A stretch of 33,272 nucleotides of DNA, taken from contig NC_068981.1 of assembly GCF_001194135.2 (NCBI RefSeq), positions 18,851,348-18,884,619 of the forward strand, given 5' to 3'. Below the pieces are notes generated by a model that saw nothing but the letters and a program-made list of their open reading frames with translations, did no database searches and was not told where the DNA came from. Positions within the stretch are counted from its first letter, which is position 1. Each line of letters starts with the position of its first letter. A program made the position numbers and the translations under genes. Source of the DNA: Octopus bimaculoides. Lineage: Eukaryota. This document shows, in pieces, positions 32,278 to 33,272 of the stretch.

Positions 32278-32896
32278 GAGTGAGAGAGCAGTGCATGCCA
32301 TCAAAGTGACGCTGGGATAAAATATATGAAGCCCAGTATACCCATCATGACTACCCGTCTGATAAGGGTACACCAGGCACATGCATCACAACCATATGTG
32401 TATGGCGTGGTGATCTCATATCAAGATAAACAGTGCATGACCTCGCAGGTGGGGCCCAGTTAGAATTTTCTTCGGGTTGAGTAGCCCATTCCGCTCAAAA
32501 GGTCCCTGAATAAGGTTTGTTTAAGGATGGGAGAATTTACAAAAAAAAACAACAGGAGACGAGGACAGTTGGTGTAAACAACAAAGGATGTTGTGCAAAA
32601 CACCCATGTTTCCAAAGGTGAATCATTCAAGCCCCAAAGAATTCCTCTCAACACATGGCTATGATGCTCCCCCACTACTTCTACTCATGATCAGAGATGC
32701 ACATATCGTCAGCCACCAACGGACATGCTCAACTGGTTATGGCCAAACAACTGACAAGCAAATCTGTGGTATCAAGCAGAATATTTGCTGTAGCCCATCT
32801 TTTATATCAAGACAAAACAATGTACTTGATAACACTTCCAATCAATCAAGACCAGAAGCCATGAGAGCTGCTGCCTGGTATTGCAACAGGGCATTT
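32278..32896 (-). mobile_element. Family E ~620-bp non-coding element embedded in (TAA)n
   Basis: (ATT)n on both sides (32233-32277, 32897-32911); no tRNA head or credible ORF; 54-nt secondary insert at 32530-32583. Strand inferred from the (TAA)n convention. Confidence 0.6.
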
Positions 32897-33123
32897 ATCA
32901 TTATTATTATTGTTCAGTAGTTTTATTTTTATAACGGGCTTTCTCTTCACTACCGAGCGCAGCTCTGTGTGCCTTGGGTATGTGCTGTGGTTTGCTGTGG
33001 TGCTCTTATGTTTACTGTATTGAAAGTGTTTTGCGTAGAATGTGTGCAGTACCCAGTAGTGCAATTTTCTGTATGTTATATATATTTGTTAGTCCTGGTG
33101 TTTTTGTTATGTATTTGTCTGAA

Positions 33124-33125
<2 letters not shown>

Positions 33126-33155
<30 letters not shown>

Positions 33156-33272
33156 TTATGTTTGACTTTTGTTTTGCATTTGTACAAGTTGGATCCAAGT
33201 CTCACCCAGAGACCTCAAGAGAAAACAAGTTAGAAGTTCATGTAGGTGTTATGCCTAGGGTACCATATATTT
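33126..33272 (-). mobile_element. Probable 3' end of an R4/Dong-type non-LTR element running off the window
   Basis: Minus strand ends caaaagtcaaacataa(aat)n; TAA-repeat targeting is known for Dong; the coding part is outside the window, so the assignment rests on recognition. Confidence 0.4.

Noticed and set aside
32840-32896. Possible HDV-like ribozyme at the presumed 5' end of element E
   Set aside because: An agc-tctcatg-gct hairpin exists on the minus strand, but I could not find matching P1, P1.1 and P2 pairings by hand.

Overview
Eukaryotic, AT-rich, repeat-saturated non-coding DNA (intron or intergenic). The SINE families, RTE LINE fragments and microsatellite style look like coleoid cephalopod, most likely Octopus; this is inferred from recognition, not from a database search. 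No intact host protein-coding gene, rRNA, tRNA or CRISPR array can be supported. The only clear protein homology is to three decayed RTE-clade LINE fragments: endonuclease at 2534-3880, an RT piece at 6563-6756 and the C-terminus at 22575-23385. Most long ORFs in the track are artefacts of (GAT)n/(TA)n/(CA)n repeats or of three N gaps. Repeat families are given local labels A-G. A is a (GAT)n-tailed non-autonomous retroelement. B, C, D and F are tRNA-headed SINEs. E is a (TAA)n-flanked element. G is an old SINE-like tail. The most interesting signals are: a minimal type I hammerhead ribozyme core at 760-819 inside an inverted Penelope-like terminal repeat, plus degenerate relatives; two long near-perfect hairpins (841-1020, 14534-14652); repeated insertion of retroelements into microsatellites and into each other; an identical 18-mer capping two separate (GAT)n arrays; a CpG-rich foreign insert inside a SINE; and several short candidate exons with strong splice signals on the + strand. 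None has been tested computationally, and I cannot claim a confirmed novel system.
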